A DNA stretch of 64,000 bases from Macrostomum lignano (Eukaryota): positions 104,702-168,701 of the forward strand of contig NIVC01002493.1 in NCBI GenBank assembly GCA_002269645.1, in the 5' to 3' direction. A program made the translations under genes and the position numbers. Shown piece by piece: positions 25,169 to 47,021 of the stretch (the stretch's first letter is position 1; the number at the start of each line of letters is the position of its first letter). The notes under the pieces are model-generated. The model saw nothing but the letters and a program-made list of their open reading frames with translations. It searched no databases and was not told the origin of the DNA.

Positions 25169-25969
25169 GTCGTCAGTCGTGGCAAAAATTACTAGTCAAA
25201 AGTCTCTGGACAATCATTAAGTTGCGTACGCGGTTGTTTAAATTTTCTGATATGAAAGGCTCTTTTGAAGCATATTGCCAAACTGTAAATACGCCTAATT
25301 GAAATTTTGTATGAAAACTGCTATTAAATTTAAGAGCAGCATTTTGCGTTGAATGTGTGTTGTACTCGATTTTCCGATTGGCGATTAATGCTTGCAGAAT
25401 ATCATTTCACTCTTTTTGATTGTGTAATCCAGTCAAGTCAAGATAGTTGTTTTCTATTTGGTAGTTTATTTATATTGGTTATGTTTTCATCTTTGAATTC
25501 ACTTAATGATATTTAAATGTTTTGCAATTAGATTGGACCACAGAAAGTAGAATAACTAGATATGTCACTCGCAAAAAATACGCTCATCTACTTTTCTTTC
25601 AGTAGCAAAATTAGCGTTTTTTGCCTTTACTTTTAGCCCTATCTAGTGTGTGTGTGTATTGCAAGGAGAGAGGGTTGGGGCCCACGCCGATAAACAAACT
25701 CCAGCCTAACTTTATAACCCACTTTTTTTGCTGCTCTCTCATTGGCTGAGCTAGATTACCCAGACTGAGTTTCGTCTGTCTTGCGTTCAATAGCATGTAC
25801 AATGATTCAAATAAAAAACCTCTGGGCCCAAAACCAAGGAAGTTCTACTATCTGTGGATTGGACTAGCCACTTCTATAGTACTAGACTGGTGATATTTAT
25901 TTGACCTCAATTCAACTATACGCTAGTAGCAGTAGAAGAAAGAGTGATAATAACATTCTGCACATGTCA

Positions 25970-26290
25970 CTAATCATGGAGTCAAGGTCGTCCATTGTAG
26001 TTGCAGCGTACCTCTATTGATCCAGTAGTTTGATTCTGTCGCCTGCATATCCAGAAGTTCATTCAGCACCATCAGCGAGTTAATGCGTCACTGGTGATCC
26101 ACACGCTCTTTTTATGCCACTTTCTGAACACATCCAGCATCCACTCGGCATTCTGTCTAGCGTTGTGTGGGATTGTCTTATCGACTAGTCGGTCCAGCTT
26201 TTCATTACACAACACATGGCCAGAAACGGCCATTGGTGTGTTGTCAGCCTAAGCAGATCCGAATTATTTCAAAATTTGCTGTATATTCAG
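25970..26290 (-). pseudogene. Crypton/DUF3504-like N-terminal fragment, copy 2
   Basis: NEKLDRLVDKTIPHNARQNAEWMLDVFRKWH / NELLDMQATESNYWINR / EVRCNYNGRP, spread over shifted frames. A third partial copy lies at about 27820-27950. Confidence 0.55.
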
Positions 26291-26429
26291 CCAGATTGCG
26301 AGAAAGAATTAGCGTTTAAATATATATTTAATTATTTGTTTAACTCCTTAAAAATAAGAATTCACAGTTCAGTGTATTTTATTATACAGCTTTAAAATTA
26401 TCCCTTAAAAGTTAATTTGAACAGTTTGC

Positions 26430-27197
26430 AAAGTCTGGATCAGTCTCGCTTAGTGGCTCATCGCCGAATTTACACGCGCGGCAATCCTTAAGTGCGACGA
26501 TTGCGAAGAATGCTTTTCAGTTCGGCGTCAGCTCTTGACTCATCATCGCCGAGTCCACAAAGACAGCAAGCCGTTCAAGTGTGACGATTGTGGCAGAAGA
26601 TTCTCTCACCTAAACAAAGTGTTGATTCATCGTCGGGTCCACACTTGCGAAAGGCCATTCAAATGCAACGACTGCGGTAAATGCTTTACCCGTAAGAAGA
26701 GCTTATTGACGCATTGCCGTATTCACTCGGGCATCAAGCCATTTAAGTGTGACGACTGCAGCAAATGTTTTTCTAGTTCGATTGAACTCTTGCTTCGTCG
26801 CCGTGTTCACACAGGTGAAAAGCCCTTTAAATGTAACGAATGCGGCAGACGCTTTGATCATCAGTGTGCCTTCCGGATTCATCGCCGTGTTCACACAGGT
26901 GACAAACCGTTTAAGTGTCAGGTTTGCGGCAGGTGTTTTGCAATCCGAAGTAACCTCTTGAGACATGGTCGAGTGCACAATGGCGACAAGTCGTTCAAGT
27001 GCGACGATTGTGGCAGGTGTTTTTCTTGTCAAAGTAAACTTATGGCTCACCGCCGAGTGCACACTGGAGGCAAACCGTTCAAGTGTGACGATTGTGGCAA
27101 AAGTTTTCCTCGCCAAAACCGACTTTTGAAGCATCATCTAGTCCACGCCAGTAGCAGTTCAAGTCACGACGTCGGTCGTGGCAAACGGAATTGTTAG
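26430..27197 (+). pseudogene. 5'-truncated C2H2 zinc-finger copy 3
   Basis: About 8 fingers with a frameshifted first finger and no shared N-terminus or ATG. The 3' flank is homologous to copies 1 and 2. Confidence 0.7.
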
Positions 27198-28671
27198 TCA
27201 AAAAAGTGTTTCGACAATCACAATGATGCGGGCGCAGTTGTTTAACATTTTCTGCTTTAAAAGTCCCGTTTAAAGTATACTCAGCATCATGGAAAAGTTG
27301 CCATCACAGAAGATTTCATCTGTGGTCGCCACTTTTGAGAGTGCATGTAAAGTCTCTCAATCTTTGCGAGTGACGCAATTTAGCTACGCCACGGCAGACT
27401 TGAGTTGAGGAATGAAGTGGGGCGGAGCGGTGTGCGAGGGTTGGACGGACTAAAGCTGCCCCTATCAGTTTTCTCGCCGCCTATTTTATTTCAGAATATT
27501 CCTAGAGAAATTGCTCACTGGCACATACAGTGGCAACTTTTTAATGTTGCTGAGTATATATTAACCAATTTTAAATACGCTTATTTGAAATTTGCTTCAA
27601 AATTTAGTAGCAGATTTTTTGCGTGCGATATTTTTTGCCCGATTTACATGGCTCAAAATGGTGATAGGGGTTTGCGGAATATCATTTTTCCTCCTGTGTT
27701 GACTATAAAATCCAGTCAAGTCAAGATGCGTATTTTCTAGTCGGTAGGTTATGTATATGGTTAGATTCAAAACAGTAGCAGAACAAATAGAGCGTAATAG
27801 CATTCTGCCAATGCCACTGAGTTATCGAGTCAAAGTCCTTCAGTGTTGTTGCAGTATGCCTCCAACTTTGAGTTAAAAATTTGATTCTATCCTTTATATA
27901 CCCACAAGTTCATTCAGCACCATCAGCGATGGTCTGTCACTGGTGACCCACAGTTTGTAAATTCGACTCTAAAATAATTCTTTGAAATTTCACAACAGTT
28001 TGTTTTTCCTAAACGTACTTTTGGTTACGTAATTAATTTGCATTGGTAAATTTTGTCAACGTTGTAGCTTGTAGTCAGTTTGTTTTAACATTGGAATATT
28101 TATGCAGTTGTTGTCAGCAACTCTTCTTTTTACTGAACTCTTTGTATTCATCTACTGGTATCGTGCTTATTCAAAATATTCAAACATTTATCTGCTGATA
28201 ATAAAGTCTTCGTTATTTGTTGTTAGCGGTGCATCTTAAGCAGAGTTGTTTTTTTGTTCTTGTCAGCCTTCCAGTGCTGAACTCACAAGGGCAGGGGAGA
28301 CAGTACTCTGCTTGCAGTTAATATTGAGTAGAAAAACAGAACTTCCCACCCTCAGTGCATTGCCAAACAATAATAAGATTGCACTGAATAGTCAAGTCGG
28401 TAGTAGCTTTGGCCACGAAGAAGAATACAATAGACGACCATAGAGTGCTCGTACACTCGTAGTTGTACAGTTGCTATTTTTAGCCTGGCTGTACATTCTT
28501 TAGCTAGTGCTGGGTAGGCAGACGGACAGACCGGCATAATATAAGAATTGCTCACATATTTCGTCATTACATTCGGGCTGTTATTTAAACGCGTTAGTAT
28601 AAAATTGTCTGAGCAAACAAGCTTTATCCTAAAAGGACACTAATATTAATTGCAGCTAGGCTTCAAGCGCA

Positions 28672-38295
<9,624 letters not shown>

Positions 38296-38724
38296 TTGAC
38301 AGCTTGCAATAAATTGAAATCAACTGCGTTTCTGGCGCCAATAATATTCGAAGACAGACAAGATATTAGCGTATTCAGACACCCTTCCTGTTTCTGTTTG
38401 CTGTGTCTAAACCTGCGGTACCTGGGGTTATCAGCTGATAATTCTGCAGTCAATAATTGATATATCATTAATGACAACTGACCAAACGATATTTAACAAA
38501 AATTTCAGTATGGTAGAAGAAAAATCTATGCCAATTCAATAACTTCCTAGGAAAAAAATATATAGGCACTAACCTTGAATTGTTAGACACACTGCGATAG
38601 TTTTCTTCTGTTCTGTTTACCATGCTCAATTAATAAAACACGGATACCTACACGGGCTGATATTGTGGATTGAAAAAAAAATTACTTCATTAGTTAATTT
38701 GCTACTCTTGAAAATAATATTCAT

Positions 38725-39560
38725 AATCCTTCACCCCAATCTTCAACACCCACCACCCCAATTTCATCGCCCAGCACCCCAATCTTCAGCACCCACCACC
38801 CCAATTTCAACACCAACCACCCCAATCTTCAGCACCAACCACCCCAATTTCAACACCCCCACCCCAATTTCAACACCCACCACCCAAATTTCAACACCCA
38901 CCACCACAGTTTTCAACACCAACCACCCCAATCTTCAGCACCAACCACCCCAATTTCAACACCAACCACCCCAATCTTCAGCACCAACCACCCCAATTTC
39001 AACACCCACCACCCCAATTCAACACCAACCACCCCAATTTCAACACCCACCACAGTTTTCAACACCAACCACCCCAATCTTCAGCACCAACCACCCCAAT
39101 TTCAACACCCGCCACCCAAATTTCAACACCCACCACCACAGTTTTCAACACCAACCACCCCAATCTTCAGCACCAACCACCCCAATTTCAACACCCACCA
39201 ACCCAATTTCAACACCCACCACCCCAATCTTCAACACCAACCACCCCAATTTCAACACCCACCACCACAGTTTTCAACACCAACCACCCCAATTTCAACA
39301 CCCCACCACAGTTTTCAACACCAACCACCCCAATCTTCAGCACCAACCACCCCAATTTCAACACCCACCACCCCAACTTCAACACCAACCACCCCAATTT
39401 CAACACCCACCACCACAGTTTTCAACACCAACCACCCCAATCTTCAACACCCACCACCCCAATTTCATCGCCCAGCACCCCAATCTTCAGCACCCACCAC
39501 CCCAATTTCAACACCCACCACCCCAATGTCTAGCACCCACCACCCCAATCTTCAACACCG
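38725..39560. repeat. About 21-bp C/A-rich minisatellite between IARS1 and EMC4
   Basis: CACCAACCACCCCAATTTCAA-like units. Confidence 0.9.
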
Positions 39561-39658
39561 CTTCACGCCTGACTTTCCTCGCCAACCCCAAGTGTCTGCC
39601 TATTCCCAATCCGGATTCAACACCGTGTGCTCACAGCAGTCAAACAAAAATATTCCAG

Positions 39659-40782
39659 TCGTCAAGCCGAACCTCAACTGGCGCAGAGAGCGCCGTTTCC
39701 GTTCTCTCAGCCGGCCATCGGCGCTGGGCGATCCGCAGGCAGGGCTGCCAGTCCTCGTTAGTGGCGGGCGCGTCCTCGTCTTCTCAGCAGCTGTCGCAGC
39801 AGCAGCAGCAGCTTGAAAAGCCGCCTGGCTTTTCTGAGCGCGAGGTGAGTCTTGCAAAGGGTTATTTCAGGTAAACACTCATAATGTTACTAATGGAATA
39901 ATATTTGAGTCGGTTAGATCGTAGGACTCACGGCTGAAAACTAAGGTCGGGGGTTCGATTCTTGACCCACTCGGAACAGTTTGTGTCCTTAAGCAAGACA
40001 CTTAACTCTGCATTGCTTCAGTTCACCCCAGCTGTAAAATGGGTGCCAGCATTAGCTGGGGTAATTGAGGCTGTGTGTGGCGACCCCCCCCCCCAGTCCT
40101 TGGACTGAACAGCCGTACGCAGCCTTCAAATGCGCCACACAGTAGCTGTGGCTGAGCTGTCGGTTGCACATCTGACCCAATTGGAGCAGGTGTAATCAAT
40201 TTTTTTTTTGTTACTGACGATTAGAAAGTCAGGGTCGCTGCACACACCCCTGTGTGGGCTACGGTGCTGATAGCCCTGCAATTAGCATTGTTATTAATCA
40301 AGTTCTCTTGGTTAGCTGAGACCAATTCCCTCATTTCGTCTTCATCAATCTAATCCCTCAAAACCCTCAACTGCGCGCCGAAGGCTCCAGCCAAGCATCC
40401 AGAATCCACCGACGGGGCCAGCCTCATTAACAAGCGCGGCTGGGAGGTGGCCCTCGGCCCGGTGCGGCAGTTGCCAATGAATATCTTTATAATGTGGATG
40501 GCCGGCAACTCGCTGTCGATCTTCCCCATCATGATGGTTGTGATGATGTTTCTGTCGCCGGTTCGAGCTCTGTTCTCCATCAAATCGACGTTCGCAATGA
40601 TTGAAGGCGAGCAGGCAGCGCTGCAGAAGCTGGCCTACCTGCTTGGCAATGTGGCGGCTCTGGCGCTGGCTCTGTACAAGTGCAACAGCATGGGCCTGCT
40701 GCCCACCTTCGAGTCCGACTGGCTCTCCTTTGTTGAGGTGCCGAAACGGCAGGAACTGTCTGGCGGAGGAATGCTGTTTTAA
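39659..40782 (+). CDS. EMC4: ER membrane protein complex subunit 4 (no genomic ATG found)
   Basis: join(39659..39844,40384..40782) is 585 nt. Motifs [54 protein letters not shown] and SGGGMLF match EMC4/TMEM85. The exon-2 acceptor (GAAG) was chosen by phase. Confidence 0.85.
39928..40180 (+). mobile_element. tRNA-headed CORE-like SINE, copy 1 (in EMC4 intron)
   Basis: B-box GGTTCGATTC and CORE-like CCTTAAGCAAGACACTTAACTC...CTGTAAAATGGG; the 5' end is degenerate. Confidence 0.8.
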
Positions 40783-41275
40783 CTAATTGCTGATTGAACG
40801 TTTTTTTATATACTATCGATACATGTCGGCTGGGTGGATCGGTTTTTGTGCTCTGTGCATGCTTTAGCCTTCTCTGTAAGCAATATCGATTGCTTCTAGT
40901 GCCTAAATTGATCGATTATCGATTATCGTTGCTGTTGATCCTGACTGCTGAAAATAGAAATGAATTCATCAAAGGTGAACTATTTCCTAGTGCCCGGACT
41001 GAAATTAAAATTTTCAAATTGGAAATCTTGTTTGAGTTGTTTATTTTCATCAAACTTTTTTTACAGGCACATGCCGGATACCAAAGTACTTGCATGTAAT
41101 TTGTTCCATGCACCATGCGCCTCGGTGTTAGTGCAAAGTTCTGACACTTAATCCTCAAGGTTAAAATGGAAGCAGTAGCAGCCACGTGACTTTGGTTTTC
41201 TTCTTTCTAATAAATCCAGTCTCCTATATTTTATTATTTCGATTCCCATAGCTGTTCTGATGATGATCAGTCTGA

Positions 41276-41552
41276 TGTAGGTGGTTGTAGCTTAGTGGTT
41301 AGGGTGTCGGTCTCGCGACTGAAAGGTCGGGGGTTCGATTCTTGTCCCACTCGGAACAATTTGTCCTTGAGCAAGACACTTAACTCTGCATTGCTTCAGT
41401 TCACCCAGCTGTAAAATGGGTGCCAGCATTAGCTGGGGTAATTGAGGGTGTGTGGTGACCCCCCCCCCCAGTCCTTGGACTGAACAGCCGTACGCAGCCT
41501 TCAGATGCGCCGCGCAATGGCTGCGGCTGAGCTGTCGGTTGCACAGCTGCCC
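41276..41552 (+). mobile_element. tRNA-headed CORE-like SINE, copy 2
   Basis: A-box TAGCTTAGTGG, B-box GGTTCGATTC, and the same body as copy 1. Confidence 0.85.
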
Positions 41553-42485
41553 ATACTTCACATGTAATCATATTCAATCTACAATGGGTAACTCAAATTT
41601 AGTAGGAACCTAATAAGATAACTGGGAACTTAAAAGTATTTTTAAGAGGGCGGGGACCCTGCGCTGATTTTTTAGAGTTGTTTTGATCTGGTTTTTGGCA
41701 GCAAATTGAAGAATGGATATTTAAAGTATTCAGCAAGTAGTGAATGAAAGTAGCATGTTGGGAATTTTTAGAGATAAAATAACCTTGTTAATTTTGCGAC
41801 TTCTTTTTTGAGGATAATGCAGACGAAATTATTTGGATTATGGGAGGAAGTAAAAAAACATTGTTCTGAAAGGGATTTTTTAGCGACGGTAACGTAAAAT
41901 TATTTGTTTCGAACTAAGTCTGCCCCACCTTTTTATCGAGTTCTATGAGAAAAATCAATATCTAATTAATGAGATTATGGAGAAAGTGAGAAGTTAATCT
42001 TCGCTCCCCGCGGTATCTACATCGGCTGAAGTTTCGGCGCAGCTGATGCTAAAAATGGTATGGCCTACTGTCTTCTGGTATCTAAATATAAACATGATTC
42101 GTGTTCCCTCTTACGTGAGTAATAAAATTGTAACTGCTTTCTATCCCGTACATTCACTCTGGATGACCAGCAGGGGTGGGGGTAGCCTTTCTCTTCCCTT
42201 TTGGGCGAGAAAATTTCCTTCCCGCGGGTCAGCCCTACGGGGTGGTCGCGTGTCCGCCACATATATCCCTCCCTTGCCTACTCCACTGCAACTGTACAGT
42301 CCTTGGTACAATACTTTGTTGATCGTAGGCCTTCCACCTCAGAGCAATGGGAGCGCACAAGTCTCATTTTCGACAATGAGGTAGTACCTTCAGCTGTCAT
42401 ATTATATATTCGCTCGTAAAGGAGGCAAACGCTATGATTTTTTTCCTCAGCCAACAAGGAACTAAAACTTGAACGCCAAGTATCC

Positions 42486-43266
42486 ATGACTAGCCTGAAA
42501 TCGTTAGAATCGCCTGAAATCTCGGCGTACGACATGGCGCATCTGGCAGAGGAGTTTGCTGAGGAGACGTGGGCCGTCTTTTCTGATGGATTCCGAGCTG
42601 GTGAGGCTACTGGAGCCCGAGCTGGTGAGGCTACTGTAGCCCGAGCTGGTGAGGCTACAGGAGTCCGAGCTGGTGAGGCTACTGGAGTCCGAGCTGGTGA
42701 GGCTACTGGAGCCCGAGCTAGTGAGGCTACTGGAGCCCGAGCTGGTGAGGCTACTGGAGCCCGAGCTGGTGAGGCTACAGGAGTCCGAGCTGGTGAGGCT
42801 ACTGGAGTCCGAGCTGGTGAGGCTACTGGAGTCCGAGCTGGTGAGGCTACTGGAGCCCGAGCTAGTGAGGCTACTGGAGTCCGAGCTGGTGAGGCTACTG
42901 GAGCCCGAGCTGGTGAGGCTACAGGAGTCCGAGCTGGTGAGGCTACTGGAGTCCGAGCTGGTGAGGCTACTGGAGCCCGAGCTAGTGAGGCTACTGGAGC
43001 CCGAGCTGGTGAGGCTACTGGAGCCCGAGCTGGTGAGGCTACAGGAGTCCGAGCTGGTGAGGCTACTGGAGTCCGAGCTGGTGAGGCTACTGGAGTCCGA
43101 GCTGGTGAGGCTACTGAAGTCCGAGCTGGTGAGGCTACTGGAGCCCGAGCTAGTGAGGCTACTGGAGTCTAAGCTGGTGAGGCTGCTGGAGTCCAAGCTG
43201 ATGAGGCTGCTTGAGTCCGAGCTGATGAGGCTACTGGCCTGGTTCATACCAAAAAATAATCGTTAA
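42486..43266 (+). CDS. Putative ORF with 24-bp tandem repeat (RAGEATGV or ESELVRLL frame), copy 1
   Basis: An acceptor TTTTTTCCTCAG precedes the ATG. A unique 35-aa leader is followed by about 26 units of GAGCTGGTGAGGCTACTGGAGTCC. Coding status is uncertain. Confidence 0.35.
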
Positions 43267-43805
43267 GTAAAATGAGACAAACTGAGTTCGTTATTAAATA
43301 CAGAGAATATTGTATAACTTTAGCTTTTTATAATTGTATCTTTTTCAGACTACTTAGTATTCACGAAATGGCATATTTAATATTCAAGTATTGTAACTTC
43401 CATATACAAATAAATATATGCTAAAGTGATATGTTTCTATTTGTATTGATATATGCTATTAATTTTAGAAACGAATACCACCAAACTTTCATCGCTAAAT
43501 TATATTTTCATGTTTTTTGTGCTAGCTAAGAGATACCTAGTTCAATTCTAAGTGCACAAAAAATCACAAAGCATTGTACTGCACTGCATTAAACGCAATT
43601 TCTGAGATTGTCAAGGCTTAAGGAGAATCTTCCTGAGATTTGTAGTATTAGTGGATGACTTTCGTGAATTTTTTTTACTATAGTCGTATTATTTCAAACC
43701 CGTTCTAAATAAACACAAATCCATTTCCATTTGAAAGGGGATTGCGTATATATGGGATGGGATATTTCCAGCTATGGGTGAAGTCTGATGATGGATCGGT
43801 TGCCT

Positions 43806-44061
43806 GATGTAGGGGTGTAGCTCCGTGGTTAGAGCGTCAGATTCACAACTGAAAGGTTGGGGGTTCGATTCTTGAACCACCCGGAACAATTTGCTTTCTT
43901 GAGCAAGACACTTCACTCTGCATTGCTTCAGTTCACCCAGCTGTAAAATGGGTGCCAGCATTAGCTGGGGTAATTGCAAGTGGGCGACCCCCCAGTCCTT
44001 GGACTGAACAGCCGTACGCAGCCTTCAGATGCGCCGCGCAATAGTTGCGGCTGAGCTGTCT
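43806..44061 (+). mobile_element. tRNA-headed CORE-like SINE, copy 3
   Basis: Same A/B boxes and body as copies 1 and 2. Confidence 0.85.
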
Positions 44062-44607
44062 GCTCAATAATAAAATGATTTCCAAACTAGTGATGATTAA
44101 ACAGAACGATTTGTTTCTATAAAAACGCTTTTTATATTAGTTGCCTTCTCGATCACTGCAAGACTTATCAATGACTTTGGTATGCAAAGGCATGCATAGA
44201 TACTGAAGTCGGCGCTCCACTGTACGTGCAGGCGCTGTCTGGGATCGGGTTGCTTGCTAACTCGTGCATGTTTCTATACTCCCTTGCTACCCCCGTTCCA
44301 GCCCTAATATATTAGCGTACTGTTAGTGGGCCTCACCCTTTTATTTGGCAAGCTCATTCTCAAACCGCGCACTTAACAGTACAATACACAGCATATGTAC
44401 ATGAGAGTTGAATATAGCATTCTGTAGATGGGTAGAGAGATGAATTTAGAGAGCTAAAATAGAATCTGAGACTGCCGCAACTGAATTAAAAATAGAAAAT
44501 GAAACAAAATTCGAGTATGGCCTTTAAATACGATGGAATTCTTCAAACAAGCATGTAGTCACAGTTACAATACATATCCTGTATTCTAATATATAATCTG
44601 CCTAGAA

Positions 44608-45265
44608 ATGGGAAACAAGGCTTCCAAAAAGATGACTGCATGTACCGCAAGCACCCACCCGGTAAGACTATTGATAATTGTTTTGATATGCTTTGTATTG
44701 AATTACTTCTTTTTTGTAGGTTTCTTGTGTCAAGGAATAGTTTAGAGATAATTTGCTGGGTACGCCAGTGTATATAATCTTCAAGCAAAATCGAACCTTT
44801 GTACCGTAAAAGTACATCAGACTCGCATTCTATGGGAATTTATTTGAGAACTTTACTGTCATTAGCGAGACACCCAATACAAAAAGGCAGAATTCTAACC
44901 AATTAATGTGCGTCTATAATGTACATTAATGTACATTTTGCCAATAACTATAATATCAGCTTTATTTGATCCTGCAGAATGACCCCTGGGTGCGGTGCAG
45001 CAAACGAAGAAGCAGTGCAGTACGCAAGCCTGCGTTGCCAGCTACTTTTAATTGGCCTGCGTTGATTTTCGATCTGATATTATTTGTAATGTGTGTCATA
45101 AGGATTAAAGGATTAAACAGAAATTGGTCTAATTCTGCCAGCCGTCGTCCATACTATCATCATGATAATGATAGTTCAACTGATATTTCTTCTGCTAATA
45201 ATGATGATGATGATGATGATGATGGTGATGATGGCTCAATCACTGATAATACCGATTCTGACTAA
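44608..45265 (+). CDS. Putative 113-aa MG-start protein with a hydrophobic segment and acidic tail; domain-less paralog of the gene at 49905
   Basis: join(44608..44661,44978..45265). The 54-nt exon MGNKASKKMTACTASTHP|GTAAG has the same length, phase and upstream context as 49905..49958. The 3' ends share GATACCRATTCTGACTAAGA. Confidence 0.55.
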
Positions 45266-45774
45266 GATCAGGCAAACTTATTTTTTCTTAACCAGATTTT
45301 TGTATATTTACATGCGCATGTAGTTTATAATTACTATATCTAATAATATTGAATATTGAAGCTGAAAATTCATTTTTGTTTATTATTATTTTTTAGAGAT
45401 CAAATATGGCCCTGTTGTAAACTTTTTATAAAATAGGTTTTTCGATATTGCTGTTTCTTATTTGACAAATTCTCAATAGCTATATTATTTTCATTTGCCT
45501 GAACATGTGTATTTACATACAATAGAACAATATTCTTGATCAACAGAAAAGTTGACAATGTAAAGATTAAAAAAATTCCAATACTTTTGCTTAGTTTTGC
45601 AACCACAGGAAACTGTGTGGCTAGTTTTGTTTTAACTATGCTCTTGTTAATGGCGAATTGAACTTACGTTTGGTTTTCTATATACAGTAGTTTCGTCTCT
45701 TATATCTACATGGTGACATTTATACTTACCGCAACCATAATGCAACGATTAGCTTCTCCTTGCATGTTTTTGTA

Positions 45775-46167
45775 ATTAAGTCGGCAGACTCCGACCCGCG
45801 AAGCCTCCCTATCCGGCCCTTGGGTCCTTTGAAACTTCACCATTATAGCGATTCAGCCCGCTCAATATTTGTGTCTCTTCTCTCCTCTCCCATCCCCTCT
45901 CCCTCCACTCCCCTCTCTCTTCACTTCATTCTCCCCTCTCTCATCCCTCTCTCCTCTCTCCTCTCTCCCCTCTATCTCTCCTCTCCTTCTCCCCCTCTCT
46001 CATCTTCCCTCTCTCTTCTCTCCCTTCTCTCGTCTCCCCCTCTTTTCTAATCTTGTCTTGTTTCTTATCTCTTCTATTCCCTCTCCTTTCCTCTCTCTCA
46101 TCTGGCCCGTAGCCCTGAGCTGGACTCATCACCCAACCCTTGAGGTAAAAAAGTTTGCCGACCCCTG
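45775..46167. mobile_element. Degenerate hAT/Charlie-like MITE with CT-rich interior
   Basis: Right end TTTGCCGACCCCTG with a degenerate left end. The GGGTCCTTTGAAACTTCAC segment is shared in inverse orientation with about 15020-15150. Confidence 0.45.
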
Positions 46168-47021
46168 GGCTATATCAAAATGAAGCTTATGTATATAACT
46201 ATTTTATACAGTATACTCCTATATATTGTATCTGTTAAAAAAAGGCATGTAATCGTAAAATATATAAAGGAATTGAGGTAAGAAAATTTTATAGCTTGTG
46301 GACAAGCGTTTGGCTCGCGGTTTAGGGCTACTTGTTCTATCATGGCTTATTAGTGGATTATAACTGGTCTGAGTTTTGGTAGATTGCTGCCATCAGGTTC
46401 CCGATATTCCCTAATCCTTAGTATGTAGTATTTAAAGAATTGAGTCAGGACACCAACGTAATATTTTAAGTTTAACACAATTTTAATAGAAAAAAACGAA
46501 AAAGATCAGTTTTACAAAAGTTGTTCTTATATTAACTCAATTTTCTGTATCAGATTAAACATGCCTTTTTCGGGAGTTATTTTCATAAATCCCTCGGGCC
46601 TGATTATAAACCATAGACATAAAGACTTTACGGAATATTCTTGAATATTACCAAATAAAATCCCGGAGAACGCAAATATTGTCACGGAAAGACTTTATTT
46701 CTATGGATTATAAGTGCTTTGGGCACGACTCCGAGTTTTAGGGGCAAGTCTTATCCCGTTTCCTAAGTCTTATTTCACCTTATTCCCCTTACCTTAATGT
46801 TGGGTGTGGCCATAGACAACTCAGTCGCACACACACCCAGCCATGAGCTAAAGAAGCAATGCTTCAAGCTTGGAAATAAAAAAAGGAAAAGTTACGATAA
46901 CATAAAATAAAACGCTCTGCTAAGAGTGCAACTTTTAAGTTGACCTTGTTGATCTTGACTCAGTGTCTTCCGCTAGAGAAGAAGTCATAACATTTAATTT
47001 CCTAAATTTTCTAAGGTTGAA

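Noticed and set aside
41281-41350. tRNA-like A/B boxes
   Set aside because: There is no complete cloverleaf and the boxes continue into a shared SINE body, so they were called SINE heads rather than tRNA genes.
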